A stretch of DNA of 64,000 bases from an uncultured Nitrospiraceae bacterium (lineage in GTDB: Bacteria > Nitrospirota > Nitrospiria > Nitrospirales > Nitrospiraceae): the NCBI GenBank assembly GCA_963730935.1, contig CAVSTP010000003.1, positions 160,001 through 224,000 on the forward strand. The letters are read 5' to 3'. Below, piece by piece: positions 19,028 through 28,369 of this stretch (position 1 is its first letter; each line of letters opens with the position of its first letter). A model generated the notes under the pieces. It was not told where the DNA came from. It saw only the letters and a program-made list of their open reading frames with translations, and searched no databases. Position numbers and translations under genes: made by a program.

Positions 19028-20554
19028 ATGCGTTTGTTTGGCATTGAAACGGAATACGGCATCGCGCGCCATGATCGGGACGAGAGCGATCCGGTTGTGG
19101 AGTCCATGGAGTTGGTACGGGCCTATCTCATGGGCCCGTTCGAGCGGCGCTGGGATTACGGAGGAGAAGATCCTCACGAAGACGCCCGGGGCTTTCGCGT
19201 ATCTGGACTGGCTCAGGACAAAGAGGAAGACCTGTTCGCCCGCCTCGATGCGCATCGTCCATTTTCGTTCCACGAGATGAAAAGCGATCTGGTGCTTGCC
19301 AACGGGGCCCGTTTTTACAACGACCATACGCATCCCGAATACTCGACGCCGGAATGCCGCACCCTGAGACAGTTGGTGGCCCACGATCGTGCGGGGGAGC
19401 GCATCGTTCAGCAGGCGGCCGATCGCCGAAATGAGCAGCTTGGGGACACGGTCGTCCATCTCTACAAGAACAACACCGATTTTCACGGCCACAGCTATGG
19501 CTGCCACGACAATTATCTTGTCGCGCGCGCGATCCCGTTTCCCGGGCTTGTGCGCGGCCTCCTGCCGTTTCTTGCCAGCCGTCAGGTGATTGCCGGCGCA
19601 GGAAAGGTAGGCGTCGAAGCGCAGGAATCCGGTTTCGTTCCTGGTGCGTATCAGCTCTCCCAGCGCGCCGATTTCATGGAAACGGAGTTAAGCGTCGATA
19701 CGATGCACAACCGGCCTATCCTCAACACCCGAGATGAACCCCATGCAGACGCGAAGAAGTATCGCCGCCTCCATCTCATCCTGGGCGATGCGAACATGTG
19801 CGAGTACGCGACAGCCTTGAAAGTGGGGACTACACAGCTCGTCCTGGAGTTGATCGCCCGCGACCGAGCCCCGGTTCTGGAACTGGAGCAACCGGTGTCG
19901 GCGATCAAGCAAATTTCCCGGGACGCCGATCTGAAGGCTATGGTGAGGCTCAAGGACCGACGCCATCTTTCAGGGGTCGAGATTCAGGAATGTTACTGTG
20001 AGGCCGCCTGTCGGGAGTTGTCGGGCACTGATCCCGAGACGGATTGGATCCTGCACGAGTGGAGCGAAACGTTGCGGCTCCTCATGCAGGACCGCGGTCG
20101 TTTGGTCGGAAAACTCGATTGGGTGACGAAACAGTGGCTGCTGGAAAGGTTCGTGCGCGAGGAACAGATCGGTTGGGATGATCCCTGGCTGGCCAGCCTC
20201 GATTTGGAATATCACAATATCAATCCAGAGCGGGGTCTGCACCGAGGTCTCGAGGCGGAGGGAACAGTGTGGCGGCTGACGACAGAAGAGGACATACGGC
20301 GGGCCCTGTCTGCCGGGCCAGCGGACACGCGTGGAGGGTTGCGCGGTCTCTGCGTGAGGCGCTTTCCCGACCGGATCAGTCAGATGCAGTGGGAACGCAT
20401 CCGGTTCTCCGGCGGCTGGCGGCCATTGACGCTGGACATGGGAGATCTCTTCGAGCCGGCCGACGTGCAGATCTGCGCCGCCCTATTTGAGAACGCCGAT
20501 TCTCCGGCAGACGCGCTTGCCGCCTGGAAGACAAGAAAGGAAACATCGAGATGA
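19028..20554 (+). CDS. dop: Dop-like deamidase/deconjugase (PafA2 family)
   Basis: 'GIETEYG', Dop loop 'WDYGGEDPHEDARGF', 'NGARFYNDHTHPEYSTPE', 'NTRDEPHAD..KYRRLH'. Confidence 0.9.
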   Translation: MRLFGIETEYGIARHDRDESDPVVESMELVRAYLMGPFERRWDYGGEDPHEDARGFRVSGLAQDKEEDLFARLDAHRPFSFHEMKSDLVLANGARFYNDHTHPEYSTPECRTLRQLVAHDRAGERIVQQAADRRNEQLGDTVVHLYKNNTDFHGHSYGCHDNYLVARAIPFPGLVRGLLPFLASRQVIAGAGKVGVEAQESGFVPGAYQLSQRADFMETELSVDTMHNRPILNTRDEPHADAKKYRRLHLILGDANMCEYATALKVGTTQLVLELIARDRAPVLELEQPVSAIKQISRDADLKAMVRLKDRRHLSGVEIQECYCEAACRELSGTDPETDWILHEWSETLRLLMQDRGRLVGKLDWVTKQWLLERFVREEQIGWDDPWLASLDLEYHNINPERGLHRGLEAEGTVWRLTTEEDIRRALSAGPADTRGGLRGLCVRRFPDRISQMQWERIRFSGGWRPLTLDMGDLFEPADVQICAALFENADSPADALAAWKTRKETSR

Positions 20555-20745
20555 TATTTCACATGCTTCCCGAACGACGCGAAGGACCGGTGAACCCTAT
20601 GCCCAAGTCGCCTTCACCCACCGAAGAAGGCGGAGGGCCCCGCCGCCCTGAAAGTGGTTCACCTGACCAGGACAGTTTGATGAAGCGGATGCGGAAAGTG
20701 GACCCGAAACAGGCGGAACGGTACCGGCAACGAACGGGGGAATAA
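20551..20745 (+). CDS. ubact: Ubiquitin-like protein UBact
   Basis: 64 aa, Pro/charged-rich, ends 'VDPKQAERYRQRTGE' (R[ST]G[EQ]); occupies the pup position between dop and prcB. Confidence 0.92.
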   Translation: MIFHMLPERREGPVNPMPKSPSPTEEGGGPRRPESGSPDQDSLMKRMRKVDPKQAERYRQRTGE

Positions 20746-20796
20746 TAATGGGTGCTGAACGCTCAACGCCCATACCTCAGAATTTCAGGTGACACG

Positions 20797-21570
20797 ATGG
20801 GGATGCAGGGAGATTTCTTTCAGCTGCTGAAGGCACAAGGGTATCAATTTGGTGCCTCCGGCGGAGGAAGCCACGATCAGCAGTTCACGACCGCGACCAC
20901 GATCCTGGCGTTCAAGTACCGCGACGGCGTACTGGTGGCAGGGGATCGACGCGCGACTGCCGGGAACATGGTGATGTACGATCGTACGGACAAGGTGCTG
21001 GAAATCGATCGGCACAGCGTCATGGCAATTGCCGGCGTCCCGGCGACGGCGTATGAGATGGTGAGGATTCTGGAGCACTCGTTCAAGTACTACAGGAGAA
21101 CGCAACTCCAAGAGTTGAGTTTCGAGGGCAAGCTGCGGTCGGTGTCCAAACTTCTCAAGGACAACGTGGCTGCTGCGCTGGCCGGCACCGGCGCCGTCGC
21201 TCCGATTTTCGCCGGGTACGATTTCGAACAAGAGACCGCGAAAATCTATTTCTACGATATTTTGGGCGCTGAGTTCGAAGGCGTGGAGTATGCCGTTTCA
21301 GGCTCAGGCTCCCCCACGATTCGAGGCATCCTGCATTATGTGAATACCTGGGGCGATCAACCCCTCAGTGCGATGACCGAAGAGCAATCGGCGGTTCAGG
21401 CGCTGCGCTTGCTCACGAGCGCTGCCGAATTCGACAGCGCGACGGGCGGCGTGAACCGGGAGGCGAATCTCTATCCAGTCATTAAGTTGATTACGGCAAA
21501 GGGCATCACAACGATGCCCGAAGCGGACCTGAAGCGTCACTTTGAGGGCAGCGTCTCTCGATCTATCTAA
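20797..21570 (+). CDS. prcB: 20S proteasome beta subunit
   Basis: Propeptide, then 'TTILAFKYRDGVLVAGDRRAT' with Thr1, Asp17 and Lys33 in register; 'SGSGS'. Confidence 0.92.
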   Translation: MGMQGDFFQLLKAQGYQFGASGGGSHDQQFTTATTILAFKYRDGVLVAGDRRATAGNMVMYDRTDKVLEIDRHSVMAIAGVPATAYEMVRILEHSFKYYRRTQLQELSFEGKLRSVSKLLKDNVAAALAGTGAVAPIFAGYDFEQETAKIYFYDILGAEFEGVEYAVSGSGSPTIRGILHYVNTWGDQPLSAMTEEQSAVQALRLLTSAAEFDSATGGVNREANLYPVIKLITAKGITTMPEADLKRHFEGSVSRSI

Positions 21571-21607
21571 AAGTCTGGCAGGCCATTTTCATCGCCTGGA
21601 GTAAGCC

Positions 21608-22417
21608 ATGTACGAAGAGCCTTATAAGTGGGTAGAGGCGGTCGGTAATCGCCGCCAATATCTGGACGAACAGTTCAAGCAGGGCAGCCCTGTCGTTGCG
21701 CTGGCCTATGAGGCAGGGGTCGTGCTGCTGACCGTCAGCAAGGGGACGCCCAAACTCTACGAGATCTACGACCGTCTCGCCCTGGGAGGGATGGGGCATC
21801 CGGCGGACCTTGAAAAACTGCGGTTCAACCTCTTGGAAATGGCCCATGTCGAGGGATTCAACCGTTCACCCTCGGATGTGACGGGCAGCCGCATGGTGAA
21901 GTACGGAATCGCCCCTGTCATCAAACAGGCATTCGAAGAGGTCTTCAAGGCACCGTTCATTGTCAAGATTCTGTTGGCGGAACTCGGTCCGAAAGCCGGG
22001 AAGGAAACGTTCCTCGTCATTAATTACGACGGGACGTTTGAAGAGGGAAGTCACTGCGCGGTGCTGGCCGCAACCAAAGCGGTCGAGCAGGACATGATGA
22101 AATTGCTTCGTGCAGAGCCTGCGGGTCTCTCTCTCCAGCAGGCCGTGGGAGCCGCTCTTCAGGCCTGGGCGTTGGGGGACCGATTGCAGGGGCAGGCTCT
22201 TGAAGCCGACACCGACCGTGAGAGGGAGTCACAGGCCGACTCGGCATCCACCGATGTCGCAAGCCTGTATGCCTATCTTCGTAAAACGGTCGTGGAGAAA
22301 ACCATTGAGTGCGCCGTGCTGGACCGCAGCCATCCGGGCTCCGCAAAATATCGCGCCTTGGCGCCGGACGAACTGGGCCGGCTCTTGCCGAAGGACGTCC
22401 GAGCCTCATTATCCTAA
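21608..22417 (+). CDS. prcA: 20S proteasome alpha subunit
   Basis: 'GSPVVAL', 'KLYEIYDRLA', 'DVTG'; lies between prcB and pafA. Confidence 0.88.
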   Translation: MYEEPYKWVEAVGNRRQYLDEQFKQGSPVVALAYEAGVVLLTVSKGTPKLYEIYDRLALGGMGHPADLEKLRFNLLEMAHVEGFNRSPSDVTGSRMVKYGIAPVIKQAFEEVFKAPFIVKILLAELGPKAGKETFLVINYDGTFEEGSHCAVLAATKAVEQDMMKLLRAEPAGLSLQQAVGAALQAWALGDRLQGQALEADTDRERESQADSASTDVASLYAYLRKTVVEKTIECAVLDRSHPGSAKYRALAPDELGRLLPKDVRASLS

Positions 22418-22421
22418 TGCC

Positions 22422-23906
22422 ATGTTGAACCGCATTTTCGGGTTGGAGACCGAATACGGTCTCCTCGTTCATCAGGATCGCCCCGACCATTCTCCCACCT
22501 GGTTCGCTCACAAGATCCGCGACCACATCTTTCAGGTTCAACGTCAGGGCGTCCTGGACCTGCATCATCGCGGGCACGACGAGCCGCCGGGGAATGGCGG
22601 ATTTCTGATGAACGCCGGGCGGATCTATCTCGACATGGGCCATGTGGAATATGCCTCGCCGGAATGTCAGTCACTGACGGATGTGGTGGCGAGCGATCGC
22701 GCGGGAGACATGATCCTCCAACGAGCGGTTCAGGATCTTGGACTGGCCGAGCAGATCTCGTTGATCAGAAACAACGTGGACCATGAGACGGATGCGACGT
22801 TCGGCTCGCATGAGAACTACCTGGTCACCCGTCGGTTCCCGTTCAGCCGCCGAGGCCTTGCGCCGCTGGTGACCTTTCTGGTGACCCGGCAGATTTTTAC
22901 CGGCTCCGGCCGCGTCGGCGCTGCGAGCCCGCAGGATGCGTGGATTCAGATGGATCGGCTGATCGTGCCTCGAGCGGCGCTCGGCCATGGCGCCGCGTCT
23001 CCACAGCTGCCGTTTCAGATTTCCCAGCGCGCGGATCACATTGTGAACGATTTTTTCGAGTGGGTGCAGCAGAACCGGGCAATCGTGAACACGAGGGACG
23101 AGCCGCTGGCCGATCCAAACCAGTATCGGCGTATTCATCTCCTCCTCGGCGACTCGAACATGGCCGAATATGCGACGGCGCTGAAGCTAGGGACGACGGG
23201 ATTGGTGCTGCAACTCATCGAAGACGGCAAGGCGCCCCGAGATTTGGACCTCGATGAGCCGGTGGAAACGCTCCAGGAGATTTCGCAGGATCAGGAGCGG
23301 CAATGGATGGTGCGGCTGCAGTCCGGAAAAAGCCTATCGGCGATCGACGTCCAGGAGCAATTCCTGGCGGCTGCAAAGGAGCATTGCCAAGGTCAGGACG
23401 AAGAGACCGATTGGGTGCTCGCGCAATGGGAAACGGTGCTTCATGATCTGCGCGGAGACTATCCACAGTTGGTCGGGCGTGTCGACTGGGCGTCCAAGCT
23501 CTGGCTGTTAGAGACCTTCCGTGAGGCGGAACAGTTGGATTGGCGCGATCCGATGCTGAAGAGCCTTGACCTCGAATACCACAATCTTCATCCGGAGAAG
23601 GGATTGTATTACGGCCTCATCGAGGAAGGACGTGTGCCGCGATTGACCACCGATAAAGCGGTAGATCTGGCGACCGAGCATCCTCCGCGCAACACGCGAG
23701 CCTTCGGGCGGGGAGAACTCGTCAAACACCTGTTGACCTGTGGCCCGCCGACTGACACAGAGGCGGCCCGAAAAGAGGAACGGTTTTTCCCTGCCTACGT
23801 CATCAACTGGTCGATTTTTCAGGTGCGTGGCCGAGAAGCGTTTCCCATGGCCGATCCATTCAAAACCTACGTCCAGGAAGTCCGCTCGTACCTCGCCAAC
23901 CCCTGA
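22422..23906 (+). CDS. pafA: PafA-like Pup/UBact-protein ligase
   Basis: Starts 'MLNRIFGLETEYG'; 'NAGRIYLDMGHVEYASPE', 'FGSHENY', 'NTRDEPLAD', 'LDLEYH'. Confidence 0.9.
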   Translation: MLNRIFGLETEYGLLVHQDRPDHSPTWFAHKIRDHIFQVQRQGVLDLHHRGHDEPPGNGGFLMNAGRIYLDMGHVEYASPECQSLTDVVASDRAGDMILQRAVQDLGLAEQISLIRNNVDHETDATFGSHENYLVTRRFPFSRRGLAPLVTFLVTRQIFTGSGRVGAASPQDAWIQMDRLIVPRAALGHGAASPQLPFQISQRADHIVNDFFEWVQQNRAIVNTRDEPLADPNQYRRIHLLLGDSNMAEYATALKLGTTGLVLQLIEDGKAPRDLDLDEPVETLQEISQDQERQWMVRLQSGKSLSAIDVQEQFLAAAKEHCQGQDEETDWVLAQWETVLHDLRGDYPQLVGRVDWASKLWLLETFREAEQLDWRDPMLKSLDLEYHNLHPEKGLYYGLIEEGRVPRLTTDKAVDLATEHPPRNTRAFGRGELVKHLLTCGPPTDTEAARKEERFFPAYVINWSIFQVRGREAFPMADPFKTYVQEVRSYLANP

Positions 23907-23999
23907 CCACTAACTCCTTGATCAGCATGCAGAAATTAGCCGGTGCTATGCTTATTGCTGGCTGAACTGCTGTTATGAAGAGGTTGAGAGGAGGTCAGC

Positions 24000-24458
24000 A
24001 TGAAGGCACGGAAATGGATGATGGAATATGGCGTGGCCATGATCCTCGCGGTGGTCTGCGCGGTGATTCTTGGTCATTTGTCGCTCTTCCGAGAGGCGAC
24101 GATTGGAAAACTGCACGCGTCAGATCTCGTTCAGTTCATCGGATATGGCGGGGCGATTGTCTTGGCTTGGTTCGGCGCACGTCAGTTGTCCGATGAGCCG
24201 CCTGACGATTGGAAGTGGCTGGTCCCCTATCGGGCGCTGATCCTGCCTGTGACGACGCTCGTCATCGTGGGATTGGCCTACCAAGTGATGCTCTATGCCT
24301 GCGAGCCGTTCTTGGGAAAAGGCGGCAAGGACGTCTACAACTGGGTCTTCGTCGTGGGACTCATCTCTTGCTGCGTATGGCTGATCGTGACCTGGCTCCA
24401 GAGGTGCGCTTCGCAGGTCGCTTCGATGGAGACACGCCGGCTGAGAAAAGCCGCCTAG
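24000..24458 (+). CDS. Membrane hypothetical protein with about 4 TM helices
   Basis: Four hydrophobic segments; SD gaggagg; own extended -10 TGCTATGCT near 23944. Confidence 0.75.
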   Translation: MKARKWMMEYGVAMILAVVCAVILGHLSLFREATIGKLHASDLVQFIGYGGAIVLAWFGARQLSDEPPDDWKWLVPYRALILPVTTLVIVGLAYQVMLYACEPFLGKGGKDVYNWVFVVGLISCCVWLIVTWLQRCASQVASMETRRLRKAA

Positions 24459-24468
24459 ATCATCTCGT

Positions 24469-24493
24469 CCGGTTGCCTCACGGAGGCAACCGG
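24469..24493. terminator. Hairpin between convergent genes
   Basis: ccggttgcctc-acg-gaggcaaccgg; no U tract. Confidence 0.45.
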
Positions 24494-24500
24494 GCTCCAC

Positions 24501-25544
24501 TCACCACATCCCGGTCACAATTTCGATAATCCGGTTTTCTACCCAATACCGATCTTCGTGTGCGCGCGTCTTCTGGAAAAATCCGCAATGGCCGCCGTGG
24601 GGAGGCGCGATGAGACGCAGGCAAGCATGCTGCTGGATTACCGGCGTGACAAACATCGAGTAGGGGATAAATGGATCATCCTGCGCCGTGATGATCGTGG
24701 TGGGCACCGTAATACGATCCAGCACATGACGCGCTCCTGAACGATCATAGTAGTCGGCAGCGTTTCGATATCCTCCGTCGGGCGCAGTATATCGGTCGTC
24801 GAATTCACTGATGCGCGAGATGCGGTCCAGTCCCTTCAAATCCCACTTCCCCGGCAATAGCACGGCCTTCCGTCGGATACGCGCTTTAAGCTGCATCATA
24901 AAGTGCCGGTGGTAGATCCAGTTGCCAGGCCGTTCCAACTCGGCGACGCAACGGGTTGGATCAATGTTTGGGCAGACGGCCACTGTGCCGGCCAAAGCGG
25001 GCTCCGCTCCGCCCATCTCGCCCGTCGCTTTAAGGAGGAGATTGCCTCCCATCGAATAGCCGATCAGCCAGATGCGGCTCAATTGTTCTGTCTCGGCTAA
25101 GGCGCGTATGACGCTTCGGTAATCTGCACTCAGGCCACTGTTATACAGGGTCGGGGAGAGATGTTCGGTGCCTCCGCACGTGCGTTGGTTCATCCTGACG
25201 ACATTGAGTCCGGCGGTGTAGGCCTTGGCCGCAATTCCGTGCATGTAGTGCGAATCGCAATCCCCTTCAAGCCCGTGCAACAACAGCGCGGTCTGAGCGG
25301 CCAGACGGTTCGGCTGCCAATGGCAGAACCCGACCAGTTGAGTGTCCGGAGCCGTGCGAAAGACGCGGCGCTCCGACGGAATGCCCGTTAGCAGCTGTCC
25401 ACGGGACCAGTAGCGGGGAACGAGAGTCATGAGATGACGATTGCGAAGGGGTTTCGGAGGAACGAACGCCGGAAAGGAAGAAGGACCGTGCTGATGATGA
25501 GGAGCAGAAGCCGATAGACCTGAGTCTTCCCTCCACGCAGTCAT
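24501..25544 (-). CDS. YheT-like alpha/beta hydrolase
   Basis: 'PPKPLRNRHL', 'LHGLEG', 'GYSMGG', 'AQDDPF', 'GGHCGF'; ATG 25544 overlaps the upstream stop. Confidence 0.88.
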   Translation of the reverse strand: MTAWREDSGLSASAPHHQHGPSSFPAFVPPKPLRNRHLMTLVPRYWSRGQLLTGIPSERRVFRTAPDTQLVGFCHWQPNRLAAQTALLLHGLEGDCDSHYMHGIAAKAYTAGLNVVRMNQRTCGGTEHLSPTLYNSGLSADYRSVIRALAETEQLSRIWLIGYSMGGNLLLKATGEMGGAEPALAGTVAVCPNIDPTRCVAELERPGNWIYHRHFMMQLKARIRRKAVLLPGKWDLKGLDRISRISEFDDRYTAPDGGYRNAADYYDRSGARHVLDRITVPTTIITAQDDPFIPYSMFVTPVIQQHACLRLIAPPHGGHCGFFQKTRAHEDRYWVENRIIEIVTGMW

Positions 25545-26749
25545 GGCTTCAGGAGGTCGAGATCTTTGGATCTTGGCATTGCCGGACCGCTTAGCCGACT
25601 GAACGTGACGCCGAGGGAATCGAGCCATGAGGTCATGATAGTCGTCAACGCGACCACCATGATCCCATTGGCGAACTGCGTGTGAGTGACGACGCCTGCG
25701 GCGAGCAACGTGCCCAAGATCACAAAGGCGAATTCGCCGGCCTGGGCCAGCAGGAACGAGAGACGGGCCGCGGGACCGTGATCCATTCGAATGGCTCTGG
25801 CCGCAACGTAGAGCACCGCCGTTTTGACGGCAAGGATCACCAGGACGTGCATAAGGATCTTTCCTGTGTGCTCGCTGAGCACGCTGATGTCGACTGTGAG
25901 ACCGACCGATACAAAGAACATTCCCAGTAGGAAATTCTTGAACGGCAGGACTTCTTCCCTGAGCCGGTGCCGATAGTCTGTCCCGGAGAGGGCCACGCCC
26001 ATGATGAAGGCGCCTAAGGCCATCGAGAGGCCGACATGCGAAGCGGTCCAGGCGCTTCCCAGGATTCCGACAAAGAGCACGGCTGTGAACGTTTCTGGCA
26101 TACGTTTTACGGTCGCCCAGTGAAACAACCAGGGGCACATATAGCGCCCGAGGATGAAGAGGATCGCCAGGGCCGAGACGGCCGGTAGGATATTCCACCA
26201 GGAATAGTCGGCTGATCCGATCCCCGCAAACACGGGAACGAGAGCCATGAGCGGCACGACGGTGAGATCCTGAAACAAGAGGACGGCGAATGCCGCCCGC
26301 CCATGTTCCTCGTTGAGTTCCTGCTTCCTCTCCAAAAGTTGGAAGACCAGGGCCGTCGAGGAATTGGCCAACACCAACCCGATGAGCAGAGCCAATGACC
26401 AAGATGGGGTGAACAGGCGCCAATAGAACATCAAGGCCACCCCCGTCGCCAGGACTTGCAACGATCCCAAGAGAAATGCGTAGCGCCGCAACAGCCATGC
26501 CTGTCCAAGGTCGAGCTCAAGTCCGATCATGAAGAGGAAGAACACCACGCCGAGTTCGGACAGTTCTCGCAACCGATCGACCTGGGCTGGAGCGAGGAAG
26601 TGGGAGGATCCGAGGATCACGCCAGATAACAACAGACCCAGCTCGGGTCCGATGCCGAGCCGACGAGCCAGGGGAATCACCACGGCGCTGATGCCGAGTA
26701 AGAGGGTAATGGCTAACAGGAGGTCCGGCAGTCGTAGGTAGGTATTCAA
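25541..26749 (-). CDS. CPA2 cation:proton antiporter (KefB/C-like membrane domain, no KTN domain)
   Basis: 'SELGVVFFLFMIGLEL', 'AVLLFQDL', 'LSMALGAF', 'QAGEFAFV'; TTG start after GAGG. Confidence 0.88.
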   Translation of the reverse strand: MNTYLRLPDLLLAITLLLGISAVVIPLARRLGIGPELGLLLSGVILGSSHFLAPAQVDRLRELSELGVVFFLFMIGLELDLGQAWLLRRYAFLLGSLQVLATGVALMFYWRLFTPSWSLALLIGLVLANSSTALVFQLLERKQELNEEHGRAAFAVLLFQDLTVVPLMALVPVFAGIGSADYSWWNILPAVSALAILFILGRYMCPWLFHWATVKRMPETFTAVLFVGILGSAWTASHVGLSMALGAFIMGVALSGTDYRHRLREEVLPFKNFLLGMFFVSVGLTVDISVLSEHTGKILMHVLVILAVKTAVLYVAARAIRMDHGPAARLSFLLAQAGEFAFVILGTLLAAGVVTHTQFANGIMVVALTTIMTSWLDSLGVTFSRLSGPAMPRSKDLDLLKP

Positions 26750-26869
26750 CGCGCTTTCCTCAGCCGCCCCTGGGCAATTGAGACCCTGGCACTCGCGTGA
26801 AACACCGCAGTGACGGTCTTTCTTATCACTTTGTGGGGAAGGCTGGAAAGTGTGGACACAGAAGACTCC

Positions 26870-26945
26870 TGGCTCCCCGGGCAGGACTCGAACCTGCGAC
26901 CAGCCGGTTAACAGCCGGCTGCTCTACCAACTGAGCTACCGGGGA
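26870..26945 (-). tRNA. tRNA-Asn(GTT)
   Basis: Cloverleaf TCCCCGG...GCCGG-CTGTTAA-CCGGC...GTTCGAGTCC...CCGGGGAGCCA. Confidence 0.97.
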
Positions 26946-27007
26946 ACGAGGGGTCAACTGGAAGAGGACGCATTGTAGCAAATGTGGACGGCGGGGGGAA
27001 CGCCTTT

Positions 27008-27277
27008 TTAGACGTCGAAATCCTCGGTTTCATCTTCGTCCGACGAGGCGTCGGTGTTTCCCTCGGCCAGAGCCGCGTAGTGCTTGGCCCACGTGAGATA
27101 AAGATTGCCGCTGTCCCGCATGGTGTCCGCGGCCTTCACCAGTTTTTCAACGAGCTCGGGATCTTTGCCGGTGGCTTGAATCATTGCCGCTCGACGCTCG
27201 ATGGCTTTGGGATATTCGGAAATCAGGCCGGAAATCTCCTTGAGGAGTTCGCCGATCACATTGTCTTCACTTTCCAT
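27008..27277 (-). CDS. Small helical hypothetical protein with an acidic tail
   Basis: 89 aa; SD gaggtg; ends 'SSDEDETEDFDV'. Confidence 0.75.
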   Translation of the reverse strand: MESEDNVIGELLKEISGLISEYPKAIERRAAMIQATGKDPELVEKLVKAADTMRDSGNLYLTWAKHYAALAEGNTDASSDEDETEDFDV

Positions 27278-27300
27278 GACGCACCTCGTACAGTACCAAC

Positions 27301-27334
27301 AAAAAACCCCATAGCGCGAACGCTATGGGGTTGT
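27301..27334 (-). terminator. Intrinsic terminator of the oxidoreductase operon
   Basis: aaccccatagcg-TTCG-cgctatggggtt followed by a T run on the minus strand. Confidence 0.85.
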
Positions 27335-27353
27335 TCAATGCATGCGAGGCCGG

Positions 27354-27632
27354 TTACCCTTGGTAGGCTTGTCCGAGGGCTGCCGACTCTCCCTTTTTTG
27401 ACATCAGCTGCCCAGTTGCGCTCACCGCTTGCATGAGAATCGCCTCATGCTTGGCAGCGTTACAGACGACGACGCAGAGCTCACACCCCTTGCAGCGGTC
27501 GATGTTGACTTCCGCCACCATCTTGGCTGAGTTCAAATCGAGGCAGTTCGCCTCGGGACAGTACATGATGCACAGGCGACAGCCCTTCTTGGCCGTGCAC
27601 TTGTCGTCGATGACTTGCGCGACGTTATACAT
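27354..27632 (-). CDS. forE: 2-oxoacid:ferredoxin oxidoreductase ferredoxin-like (epsilon) subunit
   Basis: Two Cys clusters: 'CTAKKGCRLCIMYCP' and 'CKGCELCVVVC'. Confidence 0.8.
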   Translation of the reverse strand: MYNVAQVIDDKCTAKKGCRLCIMYCPEANCLDLNSAKMVAEVNIDRCKGCELCVVVCNAAKHEAILMQAVSATGQLMSKKGESAALGQAYQG

Positions 27633-27650
27633 TAAAGTTAGTTCCTTTTT

Positions 27651-28358
27651 TTATGCGGCGACGGCCGGATTGCCGACCTGCAGCTCAACCTTGTTCTTTT
27701 CGGCCCATGCACTTGCGATCTCGTAGGCAGCCTTCACCGTCGCAAGGTTCTTGGCCAGCAGCATTTCCTTCTTCGCAAACTTCTTCTTGATCGCTTCGTC
27801 AAGAGAGGCGGTACCGCCCGATGCGACGAACTTCTTTCCGAACCGTTCTTGCAGCGCGCCGTCCAGAGCGTCCATCGTGACGCATTTTGTGATGCCTGAT
27901 ACCGAGCCAATCATGGCCATGTTTGTGGACAACTCGGTGCCGGCAACTTCGATGGCGAGCTCAGTGCCTGCAATGTAAAACACGGCCACGTTCAAATCCT
28001 TCAGCCGTTGGACGTCCTCTTCTGAGAGCAGAGGTTGCGCCGAATTGATTATGACGACACCGCCCTCCTTTACGCCGGAATAAAACGGCATCGTGTAGCT
28101 CTTTCCCATGGTGATGACCTGCGGGTGAAACACCTGGATCACGTCCGGGAACACCAGTTCGCCGCGATCGTAGATCCGCTCGATGCCGATGCGGCAGTAG
28201 CTCTCCGCCGGCGCCATGCGCTTCTCAGCTCCAAAAAACGGATTGGAAATCGAAAATTTACCGTCCCGATTGGCGGCCATGGCCAATACATGAGCTGCCG
28301 TGACGGCGCCTTGCCCGCCCAAGCCTGACATGCGGATATTCAGCCGTTTCTTAATCAT
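27651..28358 (-). CDS. forG: 2-oxoacid:ferredoxin oxidoreductase gamma subunit
   Basis: 'IRMSGLGGQGAVT', 'PFFGAEKRMAP'. Confidence 0.85.
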   Translation of the reverse strand: MIKKRLNIRMSGLGGQGAVTAAHVLAMAANRDGKFSISNPFFGAEKRMAPAESYCRIGIERIYDRGELVFPDVIQVFHPQVITMGKSYTMPFYSGVKEGGVVIINSAQPLLSEEDVQRLKDLNVAVFYIAGTELAIEVAGTELSTNMAMIGSVSGITKCVTMDALDGALQERFGKKFVASGGTASLDEAIKKKFAKKEMLLAKNLATVKAAYEIASAWAEKNKVELQVGNPAVAA

Positions 28359-28369
28359 AATCCCCCTCC

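Noticed and set aside
20551..20745. Canonical Pup
   Set aside because: It lacks the C-terminal GGE/GGQ and the 'FV.KGG' motif; it matches UBact R[ST]G[EQ]
22110..22421. N-terminal extension of PafA
   Set aside because: It overlaps prcA; the family N-terminus 'MLNRIFGLETEYG' starts at 22422
24501..26498. 665-aa ORF suggesting a large fusion protein
   Set aside because: The N-terminal part is an alternate frame over the antiporter gene; hydrolase motifs begin only after ATG 25544
26870..26945. tRNA-Asn as an island integration site
   Set aside because: No integrase and no duplicated tRNA 3' end seen in the window
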